A stretch of DNA of 64,000 bases. Source: Octopus sinensis. Taxonomy: Eukaryota. The position numbers and the translations under genes are program-made. Position 1 is the stretch's first letter. Each line of letters opens with the position of its first letter. The stretch lies in the NCBI RefSeq assembly GCF_006345805.1, contig NC_043004.1:88536001-88600000 (forward strand). Direction: 5' to 3'. The notes beneath the pieces were generated by a model. That model had not been told where the DNA came from and did not search any database. It saw only the letters and a list, made by a program, of their open reading frames with translations. Positions 53,427 to 64,000 of this stretch are shown piece after piece.

Positions 53427-53648
53427 GAGTAACCCCTTACCATATCACGGTTCACCTATCGCGGTTTATTATTTAAGCTGTCGTCGATGCGTCCGTGGTG
53501 TTGTTTTGCATTTATGATGAAATAAATATATACAAATTATAAAAATAATTTTTAGAATATACACAACAGTACTGTTTCTACTTCGCGGATATTCACCTAT
53601 CGCGGTGGCGGGTGGAACGTAAAACACGCGATAGTCGAGGAGTTACTG
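53427..53648. mobile_element. Pogo/Tigger-like MITE
   Basis: Ends TA|GAGTAACCCCTT...CGAGGAGTTACTG|TA; internal repeated TTCACCTATCGCGG. Confidence 0.65.
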
Positions 53649-53883
53649 TAGTTTCATTTCAACGATGTGTCACTTATTTTTCAGTGTCTGTACATATAGC
53701 TATTCGCTATGCAGCAACATGTGGCTTGTGGTTGAGTTCTAATAGATTTCTGTCTCCTTTTCTGAAGAAGAGCTTTGCTCAAAACGTTAAACAACCTTTC
53801 TTGAGCGTCTTTTAATACTTTGCATGTACCATGTTCTCACGTTGTTTTTTCTTGGATTTTTTCTTCGATTTTATGTGGGGCAT

Positions 53884-53960
<77 letters not shown>

Positions 53961-54094
53961 TGTTCCTTCTCGAGCCATACCTGGCTCATAGGGCCGGTTT
54001 GCCGGTTTCTTTGGTGTATGGGTGCCCCACCTATATTCATATATTTTCTAAGTCTTTATGAAAGAAATGTTCTCACATTCCATATATATATAAA

Positions 54095-54452
54095 TAGGTG
54101 TGCGTATTTTTCCCCTTGTTACCAATTAACACGGAAGAAATAGATAAATAGTTAGCAGCGTAGCAAAAACTCCTGGTTTTTAAAGGTAGAAACTTCGGTT
54201 TTACCTGAAATTTTTTGTGTAATATATAAATAAATAAATGGAGTTTAACGCAGGTGTAATTCAAATACTTTTACTTCCGACAGAAAATTTTCTGTTCAAA
54301 TGTCTTATTGAGGAGTTTCATTTCTTCACTTCCCTGAAGAGAAGATTACATTGTTTTACACAATTTTATTCCTTTGGAATAATATCAGTGATATCTTCAA
54401 AACATGTGTCGGAAGTAAAAGGATTTCAATTACACCTGCGTTAAACTCCATT

Positions 54453-54455
<3 letters not shown>
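54095..54455. mobile_element. Fold-back element with one-sided tail (family of 6948-7290)
   Basis: Inverted arms ~54233-54281 and 54407-54455; between (TA)n tracts. Confidence 0.75.
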
Positions 54456-54483
<28 letters not shown>

Positions 54484-54884
54484 TATGTGTGCGTGTGTGT
54501 GTGTATTCGTGTGTCTGTGTCCTTGTGTGTCTGTGTGTGCCTCTGTGTGTGCTTGTATTTGTCTTTCACCAGTCGACAACAAGTGATGTTTTTAATACAT
54601 TGCTGTAATTTAACGGTGAGGCAAAAACATGTTGACAGAATAAGTACCAGACTTCAAAAAATTAGTCGATTTCATCGACTAAACCCTTCAAGGCAGTGTC
54701 CCAATATAGACACACCCCACTGAGTGAAAAAAGAATAACACGACATAACTTCGAAAGTTGTAAACTATGGGAAGAAAACTGGGATATAACAGACGATCTT
54801 AACATTAAAAAAAAAATAGAGTATTAATATTTCAATATGTTTATATTTGGAACTAAATCGGCAACATTATTGGAGTGTTTAACA

Positions 54885-55403
54885 TGTTTTATGTTTTATC
54901 TGTGTCAGCTCAAAGCTGTGGCCATGCTAGGACTCCGCTGTTTTGTTACATTATTACTGAGGGTCTCCTCTGATATGTGGCATTTGATGAATAAGGGAGT
55001 TTGATGTTGCTACCCTCATTTGTGCCTCCTGCCTAGAGGCAGTTTCATCTTGGACTCCCGACAGGAAAAGATCCGGTTTTGATTTCAATCCACCTACATC
55101 CACTTTATATAGGTCCCTCAGGCTCTTTGGGAGAATATTGAAAAGCTGTGGACCCCTGAAACCCAGTCTGTTGCAGTAACTGGACCTGAAGCGCGACTGT
55201 ATTGCTGAGATCTTTGGCACTGAGCAGTGGCAACTCGTTCTGATATGTAAGTAGCTTTCAATGCCAAAATTTGGCACAAACCCTTCCAGGATCTTCCAGA
55301 TGTATATTACTGCATATCTCTCCAGCATTCGCTCCAGAGAGTAAAGTCTTATCTGTTTCAATGAGACGATCTTCTTTGCGAAGCTTCGCAAGATTACTTC
55401 GAG
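54885..55403 (-). mobile_element. CR1-like LINE ORF2 C-terminus plus 3' UTR
   Basis: RLYSLERMLERYAVIYIWKILEGFVPNFGI...NRLGFRGPQLFNILPKSLRDL...VQDE...SNSLIHQM; 3' UTR GCGGAGTCCTAGCATGGCCACAGCTTTGAGCTGAC. Confidence 0.85.
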
Positions 55404-56153
55404 GTCCACTGTTAAGGTAAAAAAATATAGAAACATTTTTAGCGTAAATCTTTCAGTATATTGAACTATAGAACGAAAATGGAGACATGTTTGAATTTTT
55501 AACATAACGGACACTTTATACATTAATTTTCCAACATGCTTAATTATGTAGGAAAACAGAGATGTAATAAAATGATATAATGAAACCATGTTTTGGAGAT
55601 ATAAAATTATGTAACAATTTAGAAATATGACATTATTAAAATGTGTTTTCTACATGTCCTGACAGTGAAATAGCAGAAGAATATGGAGACAATAGGAGAC
55701 AAATATAGAGAAAAATATAAACGAAATATAGTACTGAAGGTAAAATCCAGAAACTTGCATCTTTTGTCAGCGTCAGATTTTGAGGAAGAATTTTAAATGA
55801 TGGAGAGTTGGATAGAAGATAATGAAAAAAATGGGAAGCTACGGGACTCGGGACTATGGGGAGGAAAAGATAAAAGCGAGAATGAAATAACGAAGGGTAC
55901 AAAGGTGAGGAAGGCGAGAAATGTAAAGAGAGAGGAAGAAAACACAAAAGGTTACAACGTAAGTTAGATGTACGCTGAGGGCGGGAAAGAGAAGTGGAAA
56001 AGTGAGCAGAAATAAACGATACGATGACAAAACACCGGGAACGAAAAGAAAGTCTGAAGTGCGCATGTGCGAACAAAAGCACGCAAATGCTGACACATCT
56101 AAAAACACACACACACACACACGTGTACTTGTATCTAATAAATATATACATAT

Positions 56154-56213
<60 letters not shown>

Positions 56214-58119
56214 CATGCATAAATATATATATTTATTAATCTATTGAAATATATATATATATATACATATATACTTATATATATGTGTGTGTATGTATGC
56301 ATATACATACATATATGTGTGTATATATATATATATTTATAAAACTATATAAATATGTATATATATTATATATATATACTTTTATATATATAAACATATA
56401 TATATATATATATATACATATATGCGCGTGTATATATATATACGCACAAACACACACATACACACACACACACACCACGCACACACACACACAAACGATT
56501 CATTATTGATAGTGTTCTGTGCAAAATCCTCAACAAAGGATAGCAAAAAAGACCAAGTCCTGCGCTTTCTCTTCTCTTCGTCCAACAAACTTTAGCCAGG
56601 CCAAATCCCGAGCGTCTCATGAACTGTCACTTATCTACATTGGTCATCTAATGTCATTTAACATCATCAACACAGCCACTCATGCTTCAAAAGCAACGGT
56701 TTTCTTACCATCCATTCATTCATCATCCTACACACAGGCAGAAACCGGACAGACACACAGACAGATACAGACAGAAAGCTTTATAGAATTAGTTTCCATT
56801 TTAACATCTCATGGATTTGTGTCTGTTATTTTACTTTTGTTTTCTTTTTCTTTTTGCCTTTATTTCTGTTCTTTTCTCTTTTCTTTCCTTTTTCTCTTCT
56901 TTTTTGCTCGTACAGTTCGGCCCATACACCATAACTTGATTTATGTGCATGTTTATTAACGTTTTGTGTTTGTGTGTGTGTGTGTGTGCGAGGCAGCAGT
57001 AATTTTCAGTTATATCATCCACATCAGCATCACTATCAGCATCATCGGCATCATCGTCGTCGTCATCATCATCATCATCATCATCATCATCGCTCATGCC
57101 ATCATACTCGTTCTGATCATCAACAGTGGAAACAGCATTAATGTTGTTGAAAACAGCAACAACTACTACTACTACTACTAATGATGATGATGATGATGAG
57201 ATGATGATGAGGAGGAGGATTAATACAAATAAATTACTATTTACTAACTAAAAATCTATATTAATAATAATCTGATATGTATATTGTTATAAATATGAAA
57301 TGATTTCTATACTCTCCATCCCTATATAAGATACTAAAATTTATTAGAATCCTTTGGAAAAAACTATCTAAAAGATATCTATTTCAAATCACAAGTAGGA
57401 TTATGGCTGTTAAATGGTTAAGGTATTAGAAGTTTCTATTCTCTCTACTCCTCTAGCTTCAGCCTACTAACTTTAGCTAAAATACATTGAGATGTACCAG
57501 AGTTAAATTCTTCATAAAAGAGTTGGATTTATGGCTCTGCCACTTAAACTGCCTCTTCCTCTATCTATAAATTGATAAATTCTTGGTTGTCTCCACTGAT
57601 CTTAATAGAATAAATCCCCTCCCCAATGGTAAATCTAAATAACAAAGTAAATTCAGTGATAAGAAATCTACCCATGAGTAAAGATCATTTACTACCATGT
57701 TTCTACTGATGAGATTCCCCTCTCTGTCTATATACCTACCCTCTTTGTAATGTTGGCAAATGGAATAAGTATACAAATGAACATTGTCAATTTAATTTAA
57801 AAATTCCACATGTGGCTGAAGATTGCTCTACATTTTAAAACTGATGTAATACTTACTTTGTTTAATTAAATGAAGTAGCATGAAACGATTGCACTACACT
57901 ACCTTTGTATATCCTTGTTGCTTATTTTGATTATAATCACCCCATTTGATTTATATGGATAATACCATACCAAATTCTGGTGCCTTTAACTTAAGTACCA
58001 TATTCATCTGAATCTAAATTTTTGCTGAACTTATATATATATATTTGTGACCATCACATCTTTTACCTCTGTATGTAAGACTCACATTATCCTGTACACC
58101 ATTTCATTATTTAAGTGAT

Positions 58120-58505
58120 GTGGCTGTGTGGTAAGTAGCTTGCTTACGAACTACATGGTTCCGGACCTTGGGCAAGTGTCTTCTATTATAGCCTCGGGCC
58201 GACCAAAGCCTTGTGCGTGGATGTGGTAGATGGAAACTGAAAGAAGCCCGTCGCATGTATATATATATATATATATATATACACGTATGTGACTGTATAA
58301 GTTTGTATGTCTGTGTTTGAACCCCCAACATCACTTGACAACCGATGCTGGTATGTTTACGTCCCCGTAACTTAGCGGTTCTGCAAAAGAGACTGATAGA
58401 ATAAGTACTAGGCTTCCTAAGCATATGTTCTGGGGTCGATTTGCACGACTACAAGCGGTGCTCCAGCATGGCCACAGTGAAATGACTGAAGCAAGTAAAA
58501 GAGAG
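58120..58505 (+). mobile_element. SINE family B
   Basis: GTGGCTGTGTGGTAAGTAGCTTGC...GCGGTGCTCCAGCATGGCCACAGTGAAATGACTGAAGC. Confidence 0.9.
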
Positions 58506-60233
58506 TATTGGGAAAGATTTGGTTGCTATTACTTGCAGGTTGAGTGACCACGTAAAGGCTCCCTCTTTATCCAGTTGATCAGAAATAAATATAAACATCA
58601 AGTAGAAACATTGAGCGAAAAGTTGTTTTCGTCAAAACTTCCAAGATGTTGTCACTTATTATCTTTGATCTAAATTCATCTAACACTGAATAAGATAAAC
58701 ACAAATGATTCAATCACCATCACCTTTTGTTTGTCTTTACTTCTATCATTCACACTACAACATCGACTATCTTTTGCAACACTAAAATAAATGTATATAA
58801 CGAAATAAACGAGAAAACATACGATGTAGATCAAATTGAATTCAGATCTTATAATAAAATTTGGGAGAAACATTTGTTTGGAAATATCACAATTTGATGT
58901 CTAGAAGTTAGAGGTGTAATACTTTCAGAAATTTTACAAGGACATCGGAATATCAGAGAATATCATTACAGAATTTAAGCTGCTAAATATTGACAAAAAT
59001 AATCGCATTCTGTAGAAAATTAATATTGAATTAAATCAGGTTTGATCGGTATTTGTCAGGCAATAATATTCAGAGCTGCTGTTTAAAGTTTAAGTGATTA
59101 TAAGTGTCACAACAAATTCAATAGTTTTTTTCCTGAGCTGATACGTATGCAATGTTGTAATGGTAGCTTCGAGGTAATGATAAAATATACTATAAAACAA
59201 GTGTATATTAGGTGCTATCTACTCACCCGAAGCAGTATATATTCGTATCCGATCTTTAACTTTGTGCTTTACCCTGACAGCGTAAACAGTTTTTTTTTCC
59301 CTTTTTGTATCTGAGCATGTCTAAAAGATAAAGAAAACACAACTCGGAGATATATGCTTGTAAGTGTGTTTGTGTTTGTTGAATATGTGTAACATGAAAG
59401 TGTGTTCTCGTTGATTTCTCTGTGTTCATGTACGTCTTTTGTGTGGGGCTATATATGTCTTTATATGTAAATGTTACGAGTCAGCCGATATACGCGAGGA
59501 TATGCGAGTAGACGCTACACACGAACATGGTTATGCACTTACAAATATATAGACGTTCATGTATAAATACGTATATGTATACATCTATGCAAGTGAATAT
59601 ACACATTCATGAACATGTATAAACATACACATATATACTCATATATATATATACGTATATATATTTATGTATGCATTAATATTTGTCTTTATGATATGTC
59701 AAAAACAATTTAACTGAAGGAGTCCTCAATACGTTTTAGACAAGTAAATAATTATCAATTTTTACAAGAAACCGATTGACAGTAGCTTCGAATATTTGGT
59801 TTGCCAGCCGCCTAATGGCGGCAGGTAAGCCGGCACTTCGAAATTACAGTCAAACTTCTTGTAAAAGTTAACGTATACATTCATGCATACATTCATACAT
59901 ACATACATACATACATACATACATACATACATACATACATACATACATACGTACATACATACATACATACATACATACATGCGTAAACATTCATACATAC
60001 ATACATACACACATACATACATACACACATATGTATGTATATACACACTATATATGTATGCGAGTGTATGTCTGTATATCTGCATATGTTAAATATTCCA
60101 AATATTAATAAAATATGCGTATATACATATATTTCATTAATACTTGGCACATAGATTAGGATGCATGCGTAAACATATAACCTGGACTCTAATTTCTGAT
60201 TATTAAATGATTTTGTCGTTACCTAAAATAGTA

Positions 60234-61096
60234 CAGAATGCGATGGGTAAATTGTCACCAATATATATATATTCTTAATTTCGCGCATGCGCATTGTTTG
60301 TCTTTGATTTTGTTGACTACACAGTACAGTAGTGTCAGTTTGGCACAGTCTGTGAGAAAACAGCGCCATGAAGCAATTCATTTTACCAGAAATTTCAAAA
60401 CAACATGCTGTAATGCTTGACATTCGCGCCGGAATATTTCAGAGTGTTTGAGTATGAATCTGAGGACAGTGCAATCTGAAGGCATGTACTGAGAGTGATA
60501 TAAGTCAAACATCCAGTCAACATATGATGTTTGGGGTGATCAGTAGTGATAGCGATATTATGCATCCATTCATCTTCCCACACAGCCTCAGACTCATCAC
60601 GGAGGCCTTCATCAAGTGCCTGGAGGGGGTAGTGCTTCTCTGAGTGAAGAGGGCGGCTGCTGGAAGACCATAGGTCTGACAACAGAATTCTACGCTATGT
60701 CACACAAGCAGGAGAACACAGTCATGGCTGTACGACCACACCACTCCTAACATCTGGCTACCTAACATCCCAGACTGCAGCCCCTTTGATTATTATGTGA
60801 GGAGCGAGTTGAGCGAGAGACCAACAAAATCCCTTGTGACAGCAAAGATGAACTGAATGCAAGGATTATAGCAGCATTCACCAACTTAAACAACGAGACC
60901 ATCCAGAAGAGTTGCAGGAGATTCCGAAGTCGTCAGGAGGCTGTGGTTGAAGCCAATGGCAATTTTATTGAATAAATTAACTCTTTGTGTTTCAAGATAT
61001 TTTAATGTAATTTCGGTAAATATATCTGTTAAAATAAGATGTCAGTGTTATATTCATTTTTGCTTATTTAGACGACAGTTTATTTATCGCACCCTG
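60234..61096 (+). mobile_element. Internally deleted Tc1/mariner element, DD37D (maT)-like
   Basis: TIRs CAGAATGCGATGGGTAAATTGTC / GACAGTTTATTTATCGCACCCTG; translation FIKCLEGVV...AGRP*V*QQNS...CHTSRRTQSWL...IWLPNIPDCSPFDYYV...EAVVEANGNFIE*. Confidence 0.85.
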
Positions 61097-61106
61097 TTTA
61101 TATACA

Positions 61107-61168
<62 letters not shown>

Positions 61169-61289
61169 TAGATAAACTAAGATATGTTTCGACCACAGAT
61201 TGGTCCAGGCCATGTCTAACTTAATAGCACCACCTGATAGGATTATTCGAATCCTGTTTAAGTCAAGTTTTGTTCAAGTAGTGAGTTCT

Positions 61290-61620
<331 letters not shown>

Positions 61621-62544
61621 TACTTGCACGAATTATGCATAGAATGTGTAAATAGTTTTGCATGTTCTCTACTTACAATGTTATATGTATTGATATATAT
61701 ATAATGTACGTAGATATATTTTTATTATAAGTATGAGTGCGCAACTGAAGTAATTCATTCATGTGCTTTGCTCTAGGCCTCTATACCAAGACCAATCGTC
61801 CAATCTATCGTTTCTTTTATTACCATCACTGTTATCAGATTGCTGGACTTACCAGACACTTTCTAAAACTAAGTAGATGCTTTGTAGTTACCGAAAGCAA
61901 TTCCCGTCTTGCAGAGGTTATATTAAAAGAACCATAAAAATGAAAATCTCCTGATACTGCTTATTGTAGTAATAATAATATAATAAACGTTTTAGATATT
62001 TTTCTCTCATTTTTGTTTTGTATTTTATTTTAAAGCAAGCTGGATATTTTATTACGATTTCCGTTTAGCGGTGTAAATGTGAGAACATTGAAGTAGTAAC
62101 CACACTGGAAGTAAGAAAACTTTAGAGAATAGTCACCGCCATTATATTAGGCATGACTATATTTTAAACAACTGCGGCTGTAGAAGCAACCTAGTTGAAA
62201 GTAGAGACACACCATGACCGTAATTATCGCTCAGGCCAGAGCCGTTGACAGGACGTCAACATCAATATGACAGTAACGGCCACCATAATAGTAACCGTAA
62301 GATTTGACAGTAGCCGTGATTTAACACCTGGATATGCATTGGCTGTCATATATTGCTAATGAGGCGTTTTCATGTCGAGAACTTTCAGTGGTTCAATGCT
62401 GTAGCGTATTGGGAAACTAACTGAAGTGTTCACTGATCGAATCTGGTCGACGGTGTTGCGATCTGCCTGTGGCTTGTTGTAAATTTGTTCAGTGATTTCA
62501 GTAAACAATGAGTCTACAGCAAAATATTGATTTCAAACTCTCAA

Positions 62545-62734
62545 ATTCTTTTGCAACAAAGCCAACAATTTAGTGGGACGAGCCTAGACAATTATATCGA
62601 TTATAGTGCTCAACAAGTAGTTATTTTATCGATCCCGAAAGCATGAAAGACAAAGTCGACCTCGACGGAATTTGAATTCGGGCGGAGGAAACGCCGCTAA
62701 GCATCTTGCTAACGATTCGGCCAGCTCGCCGCCT
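62545..62734 (-). mobile_element. SINE family A
   Basis: GATCCCGAAAGCATGAAAGACAAAGTCGACCTCGACGGAATTTG...CCAGCTCGCCGCC. Confidence 0.8.
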
Positions 62735-62762
62735 TGACTATTGCAAAATATTGAGTAGTATT

Positions 62763-63477
62763 ATGGGATCTTTACCTTTTGACCGACAGATTTAAAAACA
62801 TAATTTTTTTAACTAAACACTTTCAAACTTCGGACTCTGGTAGAATGTGTCATATATAACATGTTTTACTCTTGGCGTTTTTGAAAAAAGCTTATATTTA
62901 GGAAGTTATTTCACGTTAAAGTTGTCGTAATTCGGTAATTTCAACCAATCAATGACGTGTATTCAGCTGACTAAAATTACTGCTGCTGATTGTCAACAAG
63001 AACTTCTGGCGGTGTATATTTCGTTAGTCGCTCTTATTTATGACAACCCTAAGCCTAAAACCTTAACTGTAACCCTAACCCTAAAATCCTAACCCTAACA
63101 CCCTAACCCTAAAACCCTAACCCTAACACGCTAACCCTAAAACCCTAACCTTAATCCTAAAACCTTAAAGCTAAAACCAGTACAAACGCACGAACGCTGT
63201 CATAAATAACAGTGACAAACGAAATATATACCGCCGATAGTTGTTGACAAACAACGACAGTAATTTTATTCAGATGAATACACATCATTGGTTAGTTGAA
63301 CTTACCGAAATACGACAATTTCAACAAGAAATAACTTCCAAAATACAGAATTTTCTCAATAACGCCAATAGTAAAAGATGTTTTATGTGATACATTCTAC
63401 AAGTATAGGAAGTTTAAAAGTGTTTAGTTACAAAAAAATATTTTAAAAATCTGTCGGTCAAAAGCTAAATATCCGTA
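62763..63477. mobile_element. MITE with ~280-bp TIRs and a telomere-like (CCCTAA) core
   Basis: Arms ~62763-63045 and ~63198-63477 (TTTTGACCGACAGATTT / AAATCTGTCGGTCAAAA); CCCTAA variants at 63046-63177. Confidence 0.85.
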
Positions 63478-63659
63478 TTATGTTGGTATATTTGGGTACA
63501 GAGCCAAATTCCACCATTGCTTATGCTGCGCTTTTTTCAAAACATGAAACAAACGAGTAAGAGAAATACCTATGATACAAGATGTGTCTAGCAAAGTATT
63601 TCGTGAATGTATGAGAAAATGGAAAGTTCCTCTTGGTCTTAGCGATCTTAATACACAAA

Positions 63660-63850
63660 ATAATCATCCTTTCTACTGTAGACACAAGGACTGAGATGTG
63701 TGGGGAGTGGACTAGTCAATCACACCGACCCTAATATTTAGCTGGTTCCTATTTTATCAGCCTGGAAAGGATGAAAGGCAAAGTAGAACTTGATGGAATT
63801 CGAAAGCAGAACGTAAAGACAGACAAAATGCCACTAAACGTTTTGTGCGG
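63660..63850 (-). mobile_element. SINE family A
   Basis: GAAAGGATGAAAGGCAAAGTAGAACTTGATGGAATTCGAAAGCAGAACGTAAAGAC. Confidence 0.75.
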
Positions 63851-64000
63851 CAATACACAGTATGACAATAAAATTAAGTAACATATAAAACCACAATTAT
63901 GATAACAATAAACAGACGGCAGGAAAACATGGTATGACGTCAGAGAGAGGAATATCAATAAACATGCGTGATTAAGAACCGATCACACTTCGATACCTAA

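Noticed and set aside
56690-56730. Possible minus-strand micro-exon ending ATG|GTAAGA
   Set aside because: Only splice-like motifs; no supporting ORF or partner exon.
57230-57800. AT-rich stretch with coding-like fragments (FTIGEGIYSIKISG...), considered as a Polinton/viral relic
   Set aside because: Multiple stops and no diagnostic motif.
61175-61212. GACCA-TGGTC hairpin with GAAACATATC on the reverse strand
   Set aside because: Core mostly deleted and stem I does not pair.

Overview
Eukaryotic, AT-rich, extremely microsatellite-dense non-coding DNA. The SINE inventory (tRNA heads with CORE-, V- and probably Meta-like cores) matches my recollection of cephalopod (Octopus-type) repeats; that assignment is an inference. 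I find no supportable host protein-coding gene: nearly all ORF-track entries are translated simple repeats, SINEs or antisense frames. All recognisable coding remnants belong to transposons: two Penelope-like elements (PLE; RT and/or GIY-YIG), two CR1-like 3' ends, one RTE 3' end, one R4/Dong-type RLE 3' end, and several Tc1/mariner derivatives. The most striking unexplained structure is a set of short, mutually unrelated elements with one shared architecture. Each carries a minimal type-I hammerhead ribozyme (HHR) with a palindromic stem III and/or a fold-back duplication with a one-sided tail, and two have clear target-site duplications (TSDs). About ten HHR motifs are visible and three have intact catalytic cores. 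One element joins a Pol III tRNA-like head to an HHR-bearing PLE-type tail, i.e. a candidate Penelope-mobilised SINE. Other notable items are a 543-bp element found next to (TAA)n beside an R4/Dong end, a SINE tail traceable to the CR1 3' UTR, a mariner with two 5' halves, and a long-TIR MITE with a telomere-like core.
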